From an uncultured virus (IMG/VR IMGVR_UViG_3300044701_001189) (taxonomy: Duplodnaviria > Heunggongvirae > Uroviricota > Caudoviricetes): a DNA stretch of 64,000 nucleotides. The notes beneath the pieces are model-generated. The model saw only the letters and a list, made by a program, of their open reading frames with translations, made no database searches and was not told the origin of the DNA. The translations under genes and the position numbers were made by a program. Below are positions 8,867-19,805 of the stretch, piece by piece; the first letter of the stretch is position 1; the number at the start of each line of letters is the position of its first letter. The stretch lies in the IMG/VR virus record IMGVR_UViG_3300044701_001189. One strand, given 5' to 3'.

Positions 8867-9454
8867 ATGTCAAACTACGCAGATAAAGAAATCAAAATAA
8901 ACGGCAGCTTTGCTGAGGCTGTGTACAAACAGTTTGTGCAAGATAGATTTGGTATTACCATGTGTGGTGATACCGACTATGAAAAGCACGGTACACAACT
9001 TGAACTTTGTAACTGGGATAAGTTAGCTCTTGCTAATGGTCTTGATAGAGTTACAGTTCGCAAGTTTGACTTTGAGCCAATCTATTACAACTCTGCGCTT
9101 ATCATATCTGATTTTACTACTGGATCTGCTGTAAATGCTCCTATTACTACAACTGTAGATTATCAATACGGAACAAACGGCATACAGAGCCTTATTACTG
9201 TTAACTCTGGAGGTAACATTACAAACATTACTGTTAATCCTGAGATTAATATTAACAGAAACAACGAGTTTACGTTTGAGCAACTTACTGCATCTTGCAG
9301 CTGGCTCATTACTCACAACTTTGGATTTGTACCTAACGTTTATACAACAAATCTGCAAGGTCAGGAAATTGAAGGTGTAGTAGTACCTATTGATACTAAT
9401 ACTATCCAAGTAAACTTCTCTGAAGACGTTGCAGGCTACGCATACCTAAGCTAA
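8867..9454 (+). CDS. Tail/fibre-associated structural protein
   Basis: 195 aa; C-terminal WLITHNFG...GQEIEG domain shared with the next two genes. Confidence 0.5.
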   Translation: MSNYADKEIKINGSFAEAVYKQFVQDRFGITMCGDTDYEKHGTQLELCNWDKLALANGLDRVTVRKFDFEPIYYNSALIISDFTTGSAVNAPITTTVDYQYGTNGIQSLITVNSGGNITNITVNPEININRNNEFTFEQLTASCSWLITHNFGFVPNVYTTNLQGQEIEGVVVPIDTNTIQVNFSEDVAGYAYLS

Positions 9455-9455
9455 G

Positions 9456-9986
9456 ATGTCATCCTGCCCAGCAAAAAAGATATTCTACAGTGACTTAAGC
9501 ATTGCTTATAATGAACTGTTAGATGCACGGATAGAAAATAAAACTACCGTGGACAGACTTGCTATGTCTTTGGGTGCACCCCACACAGGTCTTGCTATTT
9601 GGGATATTGATCTAGAAGGATTGTTTGTGTGGCAGTATGATCATTGGGTAAGAGTAGGTGCAAGCCAACAGGAAATTAACAACTGGAATGAAGCATATGA
9701 TGACTCAGTTGTAGATTTTACTTTAAACCAAGGAACAGATAGTGTCTTTACTATTCACAGACGCAATAGCTCTAACTTGTCAGTAACTTATCACAGCGGT
9801 TATATACATAATCAGACTGTACCAAGTGATACTTGGATTATTACTCACAATCTTAATAAAAATCCTTCTATAACAGTTACTAACTCAGCTGGTGATGAGG
9901 TAGAAGGAGCAGTTACCATTAACTCTCTTAATCAAGTAACAATAACTTTTTGTGGTGCGTTTTCCGGAAATGCGTATCTCAATTAA
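9456..9986 (+). CDS. Tail/fibre-associated structural protein
   Basis: 176 aa; N-terminus similar to the 10006 gene (ELLDARIEN / ELLNARVHN); C-terminal WIITHNLN...GDEVEG domain. Confidence 0.5.
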   Translation: MSSCPAKKIFYSDLSIAYNELLDARIENKTTVDRLAMSLGAPHTGLAIWDIDLEGLFVWQYDHWVRVGASQQEINNWNEAYDDSVVDFTLNQGTDSVFTIHRRNSSNLSVTYHSGYIHNQTVPSDTWIITHNLNKNPSITVTNSAGDEVEGAVTINSLNQVTITFCGAFSGNAYLN

Positions 9987-10005
9987 TCAAATATTTTAAA
10001 CTGTC

Positions 10006-11982
10006 ATGGCAAAAAAATTCTTAACCTCAATCGACCTTAGCAAGTGTGAACTGCTTAATGCTAGGGTTCACAACCTCGCTGCGGCTCCAGGGACGCCAGT
10101 GTCAGGTCAAATCTACTACAACACTGTTGATGGACAGATGTACTATTACGATGGTGCAATCTGGCAATCAATGCGTGGTGACATTACCAGCGTATCTATT
10201 ACTGCAGGTAATGGTCTTAGTGGAACTTCTTCAACTCTTAATGGAGCTTTTTCAGCTACGTTAGATGTAAACGTTGATACCACTACAGTTGGTATTAATG
10301 GTTCTGATGAACTATATGTAATAAAAGATGCAGCATATCTTGCTAATCTTTATACTGCAGATGGAACACTTACTGGTGCCCGTGTTGCTACTCTTGGTGC
10401 AAATAACTTAACCTTTAATGCTACTAGCACCGGTAAGTTTACTATCCAAAATAGCCTTTACATTGGTCAAGTTGCTACTGGTGGTACTGGTCAAATTTAT
10501 ATCTATGCTCCTGATGCTGGTCTTGGTAGCGGTATTACTTGGGATGATGGTACAGCCCCTACAGCAAAGATTAAATTCCAGCATAACGTAGGTGACTTTG
10601 TATTTGAGATTGGTGGTACAGAACTTCTTCAATTAGATGGTACTGCTGGTAATACAGGTCTTAAAATCAATAAAGGTGTAGTATCCTCTGTATACGCTCT
10701 TGACGTGACTGCAAACTCAGGTTCTGATGTTGCTCGTCTTGAGGGAATGATTGAGTCTACCACAGAGTCACGTTTTGTAACTATTTCTACTGGTGGTGTC
10801 CTTAAGTACCGTACAGTAACTGGTATTAGTTCTACTGGTGCAGTACAAAACCTTGGTAATACTAACCTTTCAGTAACTGCTGGAGAGTCTAGAACTTTTA
10901 CAATTAATGATGCAAGAGCTGACGCATTTAAAATTGCTGATGTTGATGGCACGCTTCTTAACTTTAATACTACTGGTGCTTCTGTTACCGCCAAAGTTGC
11001 AACTTTTGGTACTTCAGTTGTAATTGATGGTAACCTTACTGTATCTGGTACTACTACAACTATCTCTACTGAGACTGTAACAATTGCAGATAACATTATT
11101 GTACTTAACTCTAATGCTGCTGGAGCTGCTACAGAATCTGCTGGTTTTGAAATTGAGCGTGGTACAGATACAAACGTACAGTTCCTTTGGAATGAAACTA
11201 ATGACTATTGGTCTGCTGTAAATACAAAGCTTCATGTAGGTACGATTGCTACGGGTACTTCAACTAGCATTCTTATTGAGAACTCAGGAGTTATTGAGAA
11301 GAGAACTCTTAGCGGAATGCTGGATACTCTTACCTTTGCTGGTAACTCTGGTACAGCTGTTCCTACAGGTGGTACAATTACTTTTTCTGGATCTAACGGT
11401 GTAAACATTGTAGCTGCTGGTAACATAGTTGCTGTAGCTGGTGTAGATGCAACTACAACTACTAAGGGTGTTGCTAGTTTTGCTGCTGCTGACTTTGATG
11501 TAACTTCTGGTGCAGTAAGTCTTGAAGATACTGTTGTTAAGACAGTAACTACTGACTCAGGTGCACTTACTCCTTCTTCTCATGGATTCTCAATTCTTGG
11601 TGGAGAAGGTATGGATGTTACTCACACGGGTACAACCATTACAGTTGCAGGAGAAGATGCTACAACCACTAATAAAGGTATTGTAGAGCTTGCTACAGCA
11701 GCTGAGACAAACGCTCTTACAGACACTGCAAGAGCAGTAACTCCAGCAAGTCTTGCAGGTCTGCGCTACGCTGCCCCAACTCCTCCTATTACTGCTGGTA
11801 CAACGGGACCTATTCCACATAATCTTAACGGTACACATATACTTTTCCAAGTATTTGAAACAGCTACTGGAGAAAATGTGGAAATGGATGTAATTAGAAT
11901 TGATAATAATACTGTAGAGCTTAGAACATGCAATGATCATGCTGCTGGAGCGTTCCAATTGATGGCAATAAAGATTGCATAA
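10006..11982 (+). CDS. Tail fibre protein
   Basis: 658 aa, G/T/A-rich; GQIYYNT, IDGNLTVSGTTTT...DNIIVLN, DATTTTKG and DATTTNKGIVELAT fibre motifs. Confidence 0.75.
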   Translation: MAKKFLTSIDLSKCELLNARVHNLAAAPGTPVSGQIYYNTVDGQMYYYDGAIWQSMRGDITSVSITAGNGLSGTSSTLNGAFSATLDVNVDTTTVGINGSDELYVIKDAAYLANLYTADGTLTGARVATLGANNLTFNATSTGKFTIQNSLYIGQVATGGTGQIYIYAPDAGLGSGITWDDGTAPTAKIKFQHNVGDFVFEIGGTELLQLDGTAGNTGLKINKGVVSSVYALDVTANSGSDVARLEGMIESTTESRFVTISTGGVLKYRTVTGISSTGAVQNLGNTNLSVTAGESRTFTINDARADAFKIADVDGTLLNFNTTGASVTAKVATFGTSVVIDGNLTVSGTTTTISTETVTIADNIIVLNSNAAGAATESAGFEIERGTDTNVQFLWNETNDYWSAVNTKLHVGTIATGTSTSILIENSGVIEKRTLSGMLDTLTFAGNSGTAVPTGGTITFSGSNGVNIVAAGNIVAVAGVDATTTTKGVASFAAADFDVTSGAVSLEDTVVKTVTTDSGALTPSSHGFSILGGEGMDVTHTGTTITVAGEDATTTNKGIVELATAAETNALTDTARAVTPASLAGLRYAAPTPPITAGTTGPIPHNLNGTHILFQVFETATGENVEMDVIRIDNNTVELRTCNDHAAGAFQLMAIKIA

Positions 11983-11994
11983 TCAGTTATATTC

Positions 11995-12010
11995 GTAAAT
12001 AGTAATATAG
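11995..12010 (+). promoter_or_regulatory. Possible promoter motif variant GTAAATAGTAATATAG
   Basis: Degenerate copy of GTAWATTA upstream of 12023. Confidence 0.3.
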
Positions 12011-12022
12011 AGCTTTGCTGTA

Positions 12023-15000
12023 ATGAAGAAGTTTTACTCAGATATAGAAGCATTATGTGGTTTTACAGTGGCAGGTACTACTAGTCTTAGTACCGCCACT
12101 GGAATCACTGTTGCCACATCGGACAACTCTACAAAACTTGCAACAACAGCATTTGTAAAAGCTCAGGGTTACTTAACTGCTGAGGTAGATACTCTAGATA
12201 CAGTAACTGATAGAAACAGTATTACAACTAATTCTATAGGTGTAGGTGCTGTAAACATTATAGGTACTACAGCAGGAGCAGAACTTTTAACTGTAGACGG
12301 AACATTTGGTAGACTATTTACAGTTACTGATGATCTTTCTGATTCTTTATTTAGTGTAAATACTATTGCGGGTTTACCTGTAATTGAAGTATTTGCTGAT
12401 AATACTATTAATCTAGGAGCATTTTCTAATCCTATTACTATAGACGGTAGTAGTAATATTGTTATCCCTGGAACTATTACAGCTTCCGGTTATAATAATA
12501 CAAACTGGAATACGGCTTATAATGATAGAATTGTATCAGCAGCTGTAAGCGGTACAACTACAAAAACACTTACACTTACACAAACAGATGGTGGTACCAT
12601 ATCTACCAGCTGGACTGATATAAATACAGACACCGACGGATATATTAGTAATGTATCTCTAGTAGGATCAACACTATCATTTACTTCTGTAGGTAGTGCA
12701 TTTTCTGGTATAATTGATTTATCTACACTTACACCAACTGTTCGTACAGTATTTGAAACTGTAAAGAACGTATCTGGTGCCACCATTTTAAAGGGTACAC
12801 CGCTTGCTGTAGTAGCTGGTCAGACATCTGGTAATGTATCAGATGTTATTCCGGCGGATGCTGCGGATCCGGCAAAAATGCCAGCAATATTTATTGCTAA
12901 CCAAAATATTGCAGATGAGGCAGAAGGTGAAGCAGTATTATTTGGTAATCTTACAGGTGTAAATACATCCGCTTATACTTCTGGCACAACAGTATATGTT
13001 GCACCAGGTGGTGGATGGACAGCTACAAAACCAGTACATCCAAATCTTATTCAGAATCTTGGTGTAATTACTAAGCAGCACGCTACTAACGGTGCTGGTA
13101 TTGTAACAGGTGTAGGTAGAGCTAATTCATTACCTAACCTTACTGCTGGTAAGATTTGGGTAGGATCAGCAACATACCCTATTGAGTCAACTACAGTACA
13201 TGTAGATGAAGCTAATGGTAGAGTGGGCATTGGTACAACTAGTCCTGCGCAAAAGTTGCACGTAGTAGGTAATACAACAATAACAGGAGTTACATATACT
13301 GACATTGTTCAGACTTATAGTGGAGCTTCAATAGACTTTAGACATCAGGACGCATCAGTTGTTATGCGTGTTGATACCGCAAATGCAAGAGTAGGTATTG
13401 GCACGACTAGTCCAACTGATAAACTTCAAGTTGTAGCATCTACATATAATGGTATAACAATTACTACCCCAGATGTAGCAACATTTAAAATGAGATCTTC
13501 TGGTGGAGGAACTACAAACTGGGGTTTTGCAACAACAAACTTGGCCGCTAGTGATTTTGGAATTTATGAAAGTAATTCTACTGGTGGTGACCCTATTAAT
13601 GCTGGTACAGCAAGATTATACTTTAAGACTGGAGGAAACGTAGGTATTGGCACTACTAATCCATCGTATAAGCTACAAGTAAATGCTGCCGGCGAAGGTC
13701 TATATGTCATAGGAGCAAACACAGCACCATATACTCAAACTATTGCTTCATTTGTATACGGAGGTAACGGTAATAGTATAAACATAGAGAACCAAGGAGG
13801 TAAAGCATCTATCCAAGCAAGAGCAGGTGCTTCTAGCATGGATCTTCTTTTAAATGCAGATGGAAGTAATGTTGGAATAGGAACTATAAGTCCTACAACA
13901 AAGTTACATGTAGTAGGTACAGTAACTGCAACAGCCATTCAGTTAAATACTGGTAGTGGAGATTATTACATTAACGGCTCAAGTAATATACTAAGGATTG
14001 GTTCTTTAAGTACTGCTAATAAAATACAACTTGAGTTATTTCATGCTACTAACCCAGTATCTCTAGGTATAGCATACAATGGGGGACAAGCACTTCCTTA
14101 TATTGAAAGTGTGCATCCATCTTACGATGTTAATACACATCTTTTATTTAAACCAGGAGGTGGAGAGACTTGGAGAATAGGTTCTCATGGGTCTAATCAT
14201 GTTTATGCATCTGCATTTGCAATTAAACCAGCTTCTAATAACTATGATTTTTATTTAGCAAATTCAAGTGGTACTGCATTATTCTATTCAGATACTAGTA
14301 CGGGTAACATAGGCATTGGGACGGCGAGTCCTGACGTAAAACTTTCAGTAGCGCCATCTACTGATGTTTCTGCAAAAATCGGTTACGCATTTATAGGTAA
14401 AGGTACAGATGCAGGTCTGAGCGGCTGGGCGGCATTTGGAAATATAAATATGCAAGCAGCAAATCAAATTGCTTTAACTCAAGATGGCAATGGATTAACT
14501 GTATTAAATGCAGCAAGTGGACAAAATATAAGATTTAGAATTGCTAATGCTGACAAAGCAATAATTGATTCTTCAGGCAACGTCGGAATTGGGACCACAA
14601 GTCCGGCCTTTAAGCTAGATATAAATGGAGCTAGTAATTCATCACCATTTAGAGTACTAAGTACAAACACTACTTCATTACGCACTTTCTTTGAAGCAAC
14701 ATCAGGCAATGTAGAACAGCATTTCCTATATACGGGTAATCAAGATTGGGTACTGGGACTGGATAAGGCAGATTCAAATAAGTTTAAACTAGCTTCGGCG
14801 GATGATGGTTTTGCTTCTGCAAAACTTACAGTTACCACTAGTGGCAACGTCGGCATTGGAATTGCAACACCAACAAACAAGTTACAAGTAGCTAATGGTA
14901 ATATGAGTATTACCACTGGTTACTCATTTATTCTTGCTGATACTGATACTAACTGGAGACTAGGTAGAAATATTATTGTAGAATCTGGAAATTATCTTAC

Positions 15001-15523
15001 TGCTAGTACCTTTCAATTAGTTGCCGCTAATGCTGTAAATGAAGGTTGGCAGTTTGTAAATGATGATGGGTTTACAGTACTAGAAATTGGTGCAGAAACA
15101 AGTGCAAGAAATGTATGGATTAATGCTGGCAATCTTAGTGTTGGTGTAGCATCTCCTCAAGAAAAGATTCACGTTGCTGGTAATATAAGAATTGATGGTG
15201 GTAGCACTGCAGCAATTTTACAAACAAATAATGCAACAGCTGCAGAAGCTGGTACTACTTACAGAACATTTACTACTGCTGATCACTATGCAGTATTTGT
15301 AGATTATGTAGTTTATGATGCTGGTAGAAGTAATATGAGAACTGGAACATTCCGTGCTGTATGGACTACTGGTGATGTTGTATATACAGATGTGTCAACA
15401 GTTGATCTTGGAGCAACAGATAATGTTACTCTGACTGCGGCAATTAGCGGTGCAAACGTTAACTTAATAGTGACAGGACCTGCTGATTATACTTTGAAGT
15501 ATAGTTTGAAGGTTATAAAATAA
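12023..15523 (+). CDS. Modular tail fibre protein with GNVGIGT repeats
   Basis: 1166 aa; TKLATTAFV motif; eight GNVGIGTTSP-like repeats separating variable modules. Confidence 0.8.
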   Translation: MKKFYSDIEALCGFTVAGTTSLSTATGITVATSDNSTKLATTAFVKAQGYLTAEVDTLDTVTDRNSITTNSIGVGAVNIIGTTAGAELLTVDGTFGRLFTVTDDLSDSLFSVNTIAGLPVIEVFADNTINLGAFSNPITIDGSSNIVIPGTITASGYNNTNWNTAYNDRIVSAAVSGTTTKTLTLTQTDGGTISTSWTDINTDTDGYISNVSLVGSTLSFTSVGSAFSGIIDLSTLTPTVRTVFETVKNVSGATILKGTPLAVVAGQTSGNVSDVIPADAADPAKMPAIFIANQNIADEAEGEAVLFGNLTGVNTSAYTSGTTVYVAPGGGWTATKPVHPNLIQNLGVITKQHATNGAGIVTGVGRANSLPNLTAGKIWVGSATYPIESTTVHVDEANGRVGIGTTSPAQKLHVVGNTTITGVTYTDIVQTYSGASIDFRHQDASVVMRVDTANARVGIGTTSPTDKLQVVASTYNGITITTPDVATFKMRSSGGGTTNWGFATTNLAASDFGIYESNSTGGDPINAGTARLYFKTGGNVGIGTTNPSYKLQVNAAGEGLYVIGANTAPYTQTIASFVYGGNGNSINIENQGGKASIQARAGASSMDLLLNADGSNVGIGTISPTTKLHVVGTVTATAIQLNTGSGDYYINGSSNILRIGSLSTANKIQLELFHATNPVSLGIAYNGGQALPYIESVHPSYDVNTHLLFKPGGGETWRIGSHGSNHVYASAFAIKPASNNYDFYLANSSGTALFYSDTSTGNIGIGTASPDVKLSVAPSTDVSAKIGYAFIGKGTDAGLSGWAAFGNINMQAANQIALTQDGNGLTVLNAASGQNIRFRIANADKAIIDSSGNVGIGTTSPAFKLDINGASNSSPFRVLSTNTTSLRTFFEATSGNVEQHFLYTGNQDWVLGLDKADSNKFKLASADDGFASAKLTVTTSGNVGIGIATPTNKLQVANGNMSITTGYSFILADTDTNWRLGRNIIVESGNYLTASTFQLVAANAVNEGWQFVNDDGFTVLEIGAETSARNVWINAGNLSVGVASPQEKIHVAGNIRIDGGSTAAILQTNNATAAEAGTTYRTFTTADHYAVFVDYVVYDAGRSNMRTGTFRAVWTTGDVVYTDVSTVDLGATDNVTLTAAISGANVNLIVTGPADYTLKYSLKVIK

Positions 15524-18500
15524 AACTAACTCCTTTGGATAGGGAAAAAGGAACAATAAGATGGCAAATGAATTTATAGCTCGCAATGGTATAATTGCAA
15601 AAGATAACTCCACTATTACAGGCACACTTGCTGTTAGTGGAAATATCACAATGGGTGGCGTTATTGTCGCCACTAGAACATGGGTAACTGGCACAGCCTT
15701 AATAGGTTATGCTACAGAATCTTATGTTACAACAGCTATTAACAATCTTATTGATTCCGCACCAGGAGCTCTTGATACACTTAATGAATTAGCTGCTGCT
15801 TTAGGAGATGATCCTAATTTTGCAACTACTGTAACTACTAGCATAGGTACTAAAGTATCTAAAGCTGGTGATACAATGACCGGCAACATTAACTGGGGTA
15901 CTTCAGACCGAGGTCTTACCTGGGTAATGAACACTGATGGAGCTTACATTAAGTTTTTTAATACCGGTGATGGTGATACTAACTCAAGATTAGAATACGG
16001 TACTTCTGATAACGGTAATGAGTTCCACAGATGGATGGTGAGTACCGCAGAAGAAATGACCCTTAAGTCAGATGGTCTTCGTGTTACTGATTCTATTTGG
16101 ATGGGTGGTAATCTTGTTGCTACTCAAGCATGGGTTAACTCTCAGAATTACCTTACTACGGTTCCTGATGAATATCTTACAGAGACTGAAGGCGATGCTC
16201 TGTATGCACCTATTAGTCATACTCATGCTGCTACTGATATTACTTCCGGTACACTAGCTGCTGCCAGACTTTCTGGTAACTATGCTATTAACGTTACAGG
16301 TTCTGCTGCTACACTTACTACAGCCAGAACTTTGACTATAGGTAATACAGGAAAAACATTTAATGGTGGAGCTGATGTAGCTTGGACTTTAGCTGAGATA
16401 GGTGCTTTTTCAGCAGTTGGGGGTACAATTAGTGGAGTAGTTACTATTGAAAGTACTAGTGATGGTATACTTAATCTTAAACAATTAGGTGTTGCTGGAA
16501 CTGCTGGTGTTAAAAACGCTGCTTGGAATTATATTCAATTTCTTGATTCGGAAGGAGATAGGCAAGGTTACTTTGGTATAGACTCGTCTGGTAATTTTCA
16601 ATTTGCTTCAGAGATTACAGGATTAGCTCTTATTGGTGGTGATATTATTGCAACTAGACCCTGGGTAACTTCTCAAAACTATATTACAGCATCTGCTTCT
16701 ATTACAGGTAATGCAGCAACGGCGACTACTTTACAAACAGCTCGTACATTAACTATAGGCAATACAGGTAAGACATTTAACGGATCTGCCAATGTATCTT
16801 GGAGCCTTGCTGAAATAGGAGCACAAGCTGCTTTAACAAATCCAGTAACTGGTACTGGAACTACTAATTACTTACCTAAGTTTACAGCAGCAAGCACTAT
16901 TGGTAACTCACAGGTGTTTGATAATGGTACCAACGTTGGCATTGGGACGACTAGTCCTGCTGGCATATTTGAAGTTTTTGAACAAGGAACAGGAAGAACA
17001 AGAGGTGACCTATTAGTTGATTCAACTAATAGATATACAATAGTTGGTAGATTAAGTTCAACTACTGGAGATGTTAGTAGTTTTAAAGTAAGAGATAGAC
17101 TTGATAGGGCTTATTTTGATGTAAATACTGCTTCTAAATATATTTCATTTAATCCTGAAATTGGGGACATAACTATGCAGATTGCATCAGGTTATGGATT
17201 CAAAGTAAATACTAGTCAGTTTATTGTTAATGCTACTAATGGCAACGTCGGTATTGGGACGACTTCATCCATTAGTAACTCGTTGTTAAATGTTGGTGGA
17301 GGTATAAATACGACTACTGGAATTATAGGCTATAATACGGCAGATTGGTTTACTTTAAATGGTAAAACTCAACCGCATTATGGTTTTAACTTAATTCCAA
17401 CATCGAGTAGTCCAATAGGAATATCTGGATATTTTGGAATCTCATTAGCTACAGAGGGCTCCGAGCGCATACGCATTTTAGGCAACGGCAACGTAGGTAT
17501 TGGGACGACGTCGCCTTCATATAAGTTAGACATTTCAACAGCCCAATCTATAAGAGTTACTGGCGCATCAACTGGATATACTCAAGGGTCTATTATATTC
17601 CAATCTTCAACAACCGATACCCCTGAGGCAAGAGGATTAGGTGTTTATCTTTTTAATGAAGGAACCGATGCTACTTGGTTTTATGGTACTGGATATGGAG
17701 CTGGTGACACGTTTTTAATAAATAGAAAATCAGGAGCAACATATCAGGCTTCTGCCGCTGCACCAGGAGAATCATCTAACTTTTTTGCAATTACAAATGC
17801 AGGCAACGTAGGCATTGGTAAAACAAATCCAGCTACAACGTTAGATGTTAATGGTGTTACTACTGCTAATGGTCTTATTATATCTGGAGGAGCTGCTGTA
17901 GAAGATGCTATAAATATTACTAATGGTAGACTTACACTTGGAGGTCATAATAATGGTGCTGGAGTTTGGTATGAAGATATTGCTGGAGCAAGTGAGTGGT
18001 TTGTAGGTCTTTCTGCAGATGATGTTAACTATAGATTTTACAACGCCCCTGCTGCTACTGATAGAGTTGTTATTTATGCAAACGGTACTGTACAGTTTAA
18101 TGCATATGGAGCTGGTTTACTTAGAACTAATGCTAGTGGTTCAATTACCGTAGATACTAATACTTACTTAACTGGTATAACAGCAGCTCAAGTTCATGGA
18201 GCAATTTATACTACTGGCGGTGATGCAAATACATACACCACTTTTGGTATATACAGAAACTATGCTGTAAACGGTCCAGTTGCTGGACACACTACAATTT
18301 TTAACGTAATGCAATACGATGGAAACTATGGTTTCCAGCTTGGTGCAGATACGACATCATCGGCAGATGGTTTATACTTTAGAAGTAAAGATGCCACTAT
18401 TGGTACTTGGAAGCAAGTAGCATCTAGACAATGGGTTACTGCACAAGGATATGCAACTACAGGATATGTAGACACGGCAATTGCAAATCTTGTAGACACA

Positions 18501-19805
18501 GCACCTGATGCGCTAAACACTCTTAACGAGCTTGCTACTGCACTTGGTGATGACCCCAACTTTGCTACTACAGTAACTAATAGTATTGCGGGTAAGGTCT
18601 CCAAGTCTGGAGATACAATGACTGGAACACTTACGCTGTCTTATGCGTATCCAAGAATAAATCTTACTGATACAGACAACGACTCTGACTACTCCATTAT
18701 AAATGATGATGGAACATTCAGTATTTACGATGTCAATAATAACTCTCATAGACTAAGAATATCTGCAGCTGGAGCTGTGACATTAGTTGGAACAATTAAT
18801 GCGTCTAACTTCAGTGGTACTTCTTCTGGCACTAATACAGGAGACCAAACCACCATCACCGGTAATGCAGGTTCCGCTACAGTATTACAGACAGCACGTA
18901 CACTTACAATTGGTAATACAGGTAAATCATTTAACGGTAGTGCTAATGTATCGTGGACATTAGCGGAAATTGGTGCACAGCCCGCTGGTTCTTATTTAAC
19001 TGCTGAGGCTGATACTCTAGCCACAGTTACTGCTAGAGGAGCTAGTACAAGTACAGCTGTTACTTTTAATGGCGGTGTTAATCTTGCTCCAGACACAGGT
19101 ATAAGAAAAGCGGGTGATAACTGGATTATTGGATATTCTACCTCTCTTCCTGGAATTGCAATTGGTTCAGGAACAGTAACTGATAAAGTAAGTATTAGTT
19201 CTGGAGGAACACAAAGAGTTTGGTTTGATACAAACGGCAATGTGGGTATTGGTACTGCTAGTCCCGGTTATAAACTTGATGTAGCAGGAGATATTAATTT
19301 TACAAGCACATTAAAGTTTGGAGGAACAACAGTACTTTCTAATAGCGGTGCTGATGTCTATGCAAATATTCGTGTAATAAGGAATGAATCTACCGCACTC
19401 AACGATGGAATGTACATCGGCTACAATAATTCAGGTGGCGCTAGTGGGCATTTAAGATTTTACGCTAATGGTACTAATGAACGGATGCGTATTGACGCAT
19501 CAACTGGCAACGTCGGCATTGGTACGACGTCGCCAAGTACGAAGTTGGAGGTTGGAAACTTCCTTGATGCTGTTACCAATAAAATAACTGTAGCCGCTAG
19601 GTATGAATACGAGCCTGAGTTCAACTTTAGGCTTGGTCAATCAGGAACCAACCTTGATTGGATAGGCGCTGTTATATCATCTGGTGATGATGGTAACTAC
19701 AATGGTAAGATATTATTCAAGACTGCAAATGCAGGGAGGGATACTCCTACTACTAAGATGGTTATTAAGGCCAGCGGCAACGTCGGCATTGGTACTACTA
19801 GTCCA
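13217..19805 (+). repeat. Dispersed GNVGIGTTSP coding repeats (15 copies in two fibre genes)
   Basis: Copies at 13217, 13385, 13634, 13865, 14303, 14576, 14843, 15128, 16929, 17241, 17487, 17802, 19236, 19506, 19776. Confidence 0.85.
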
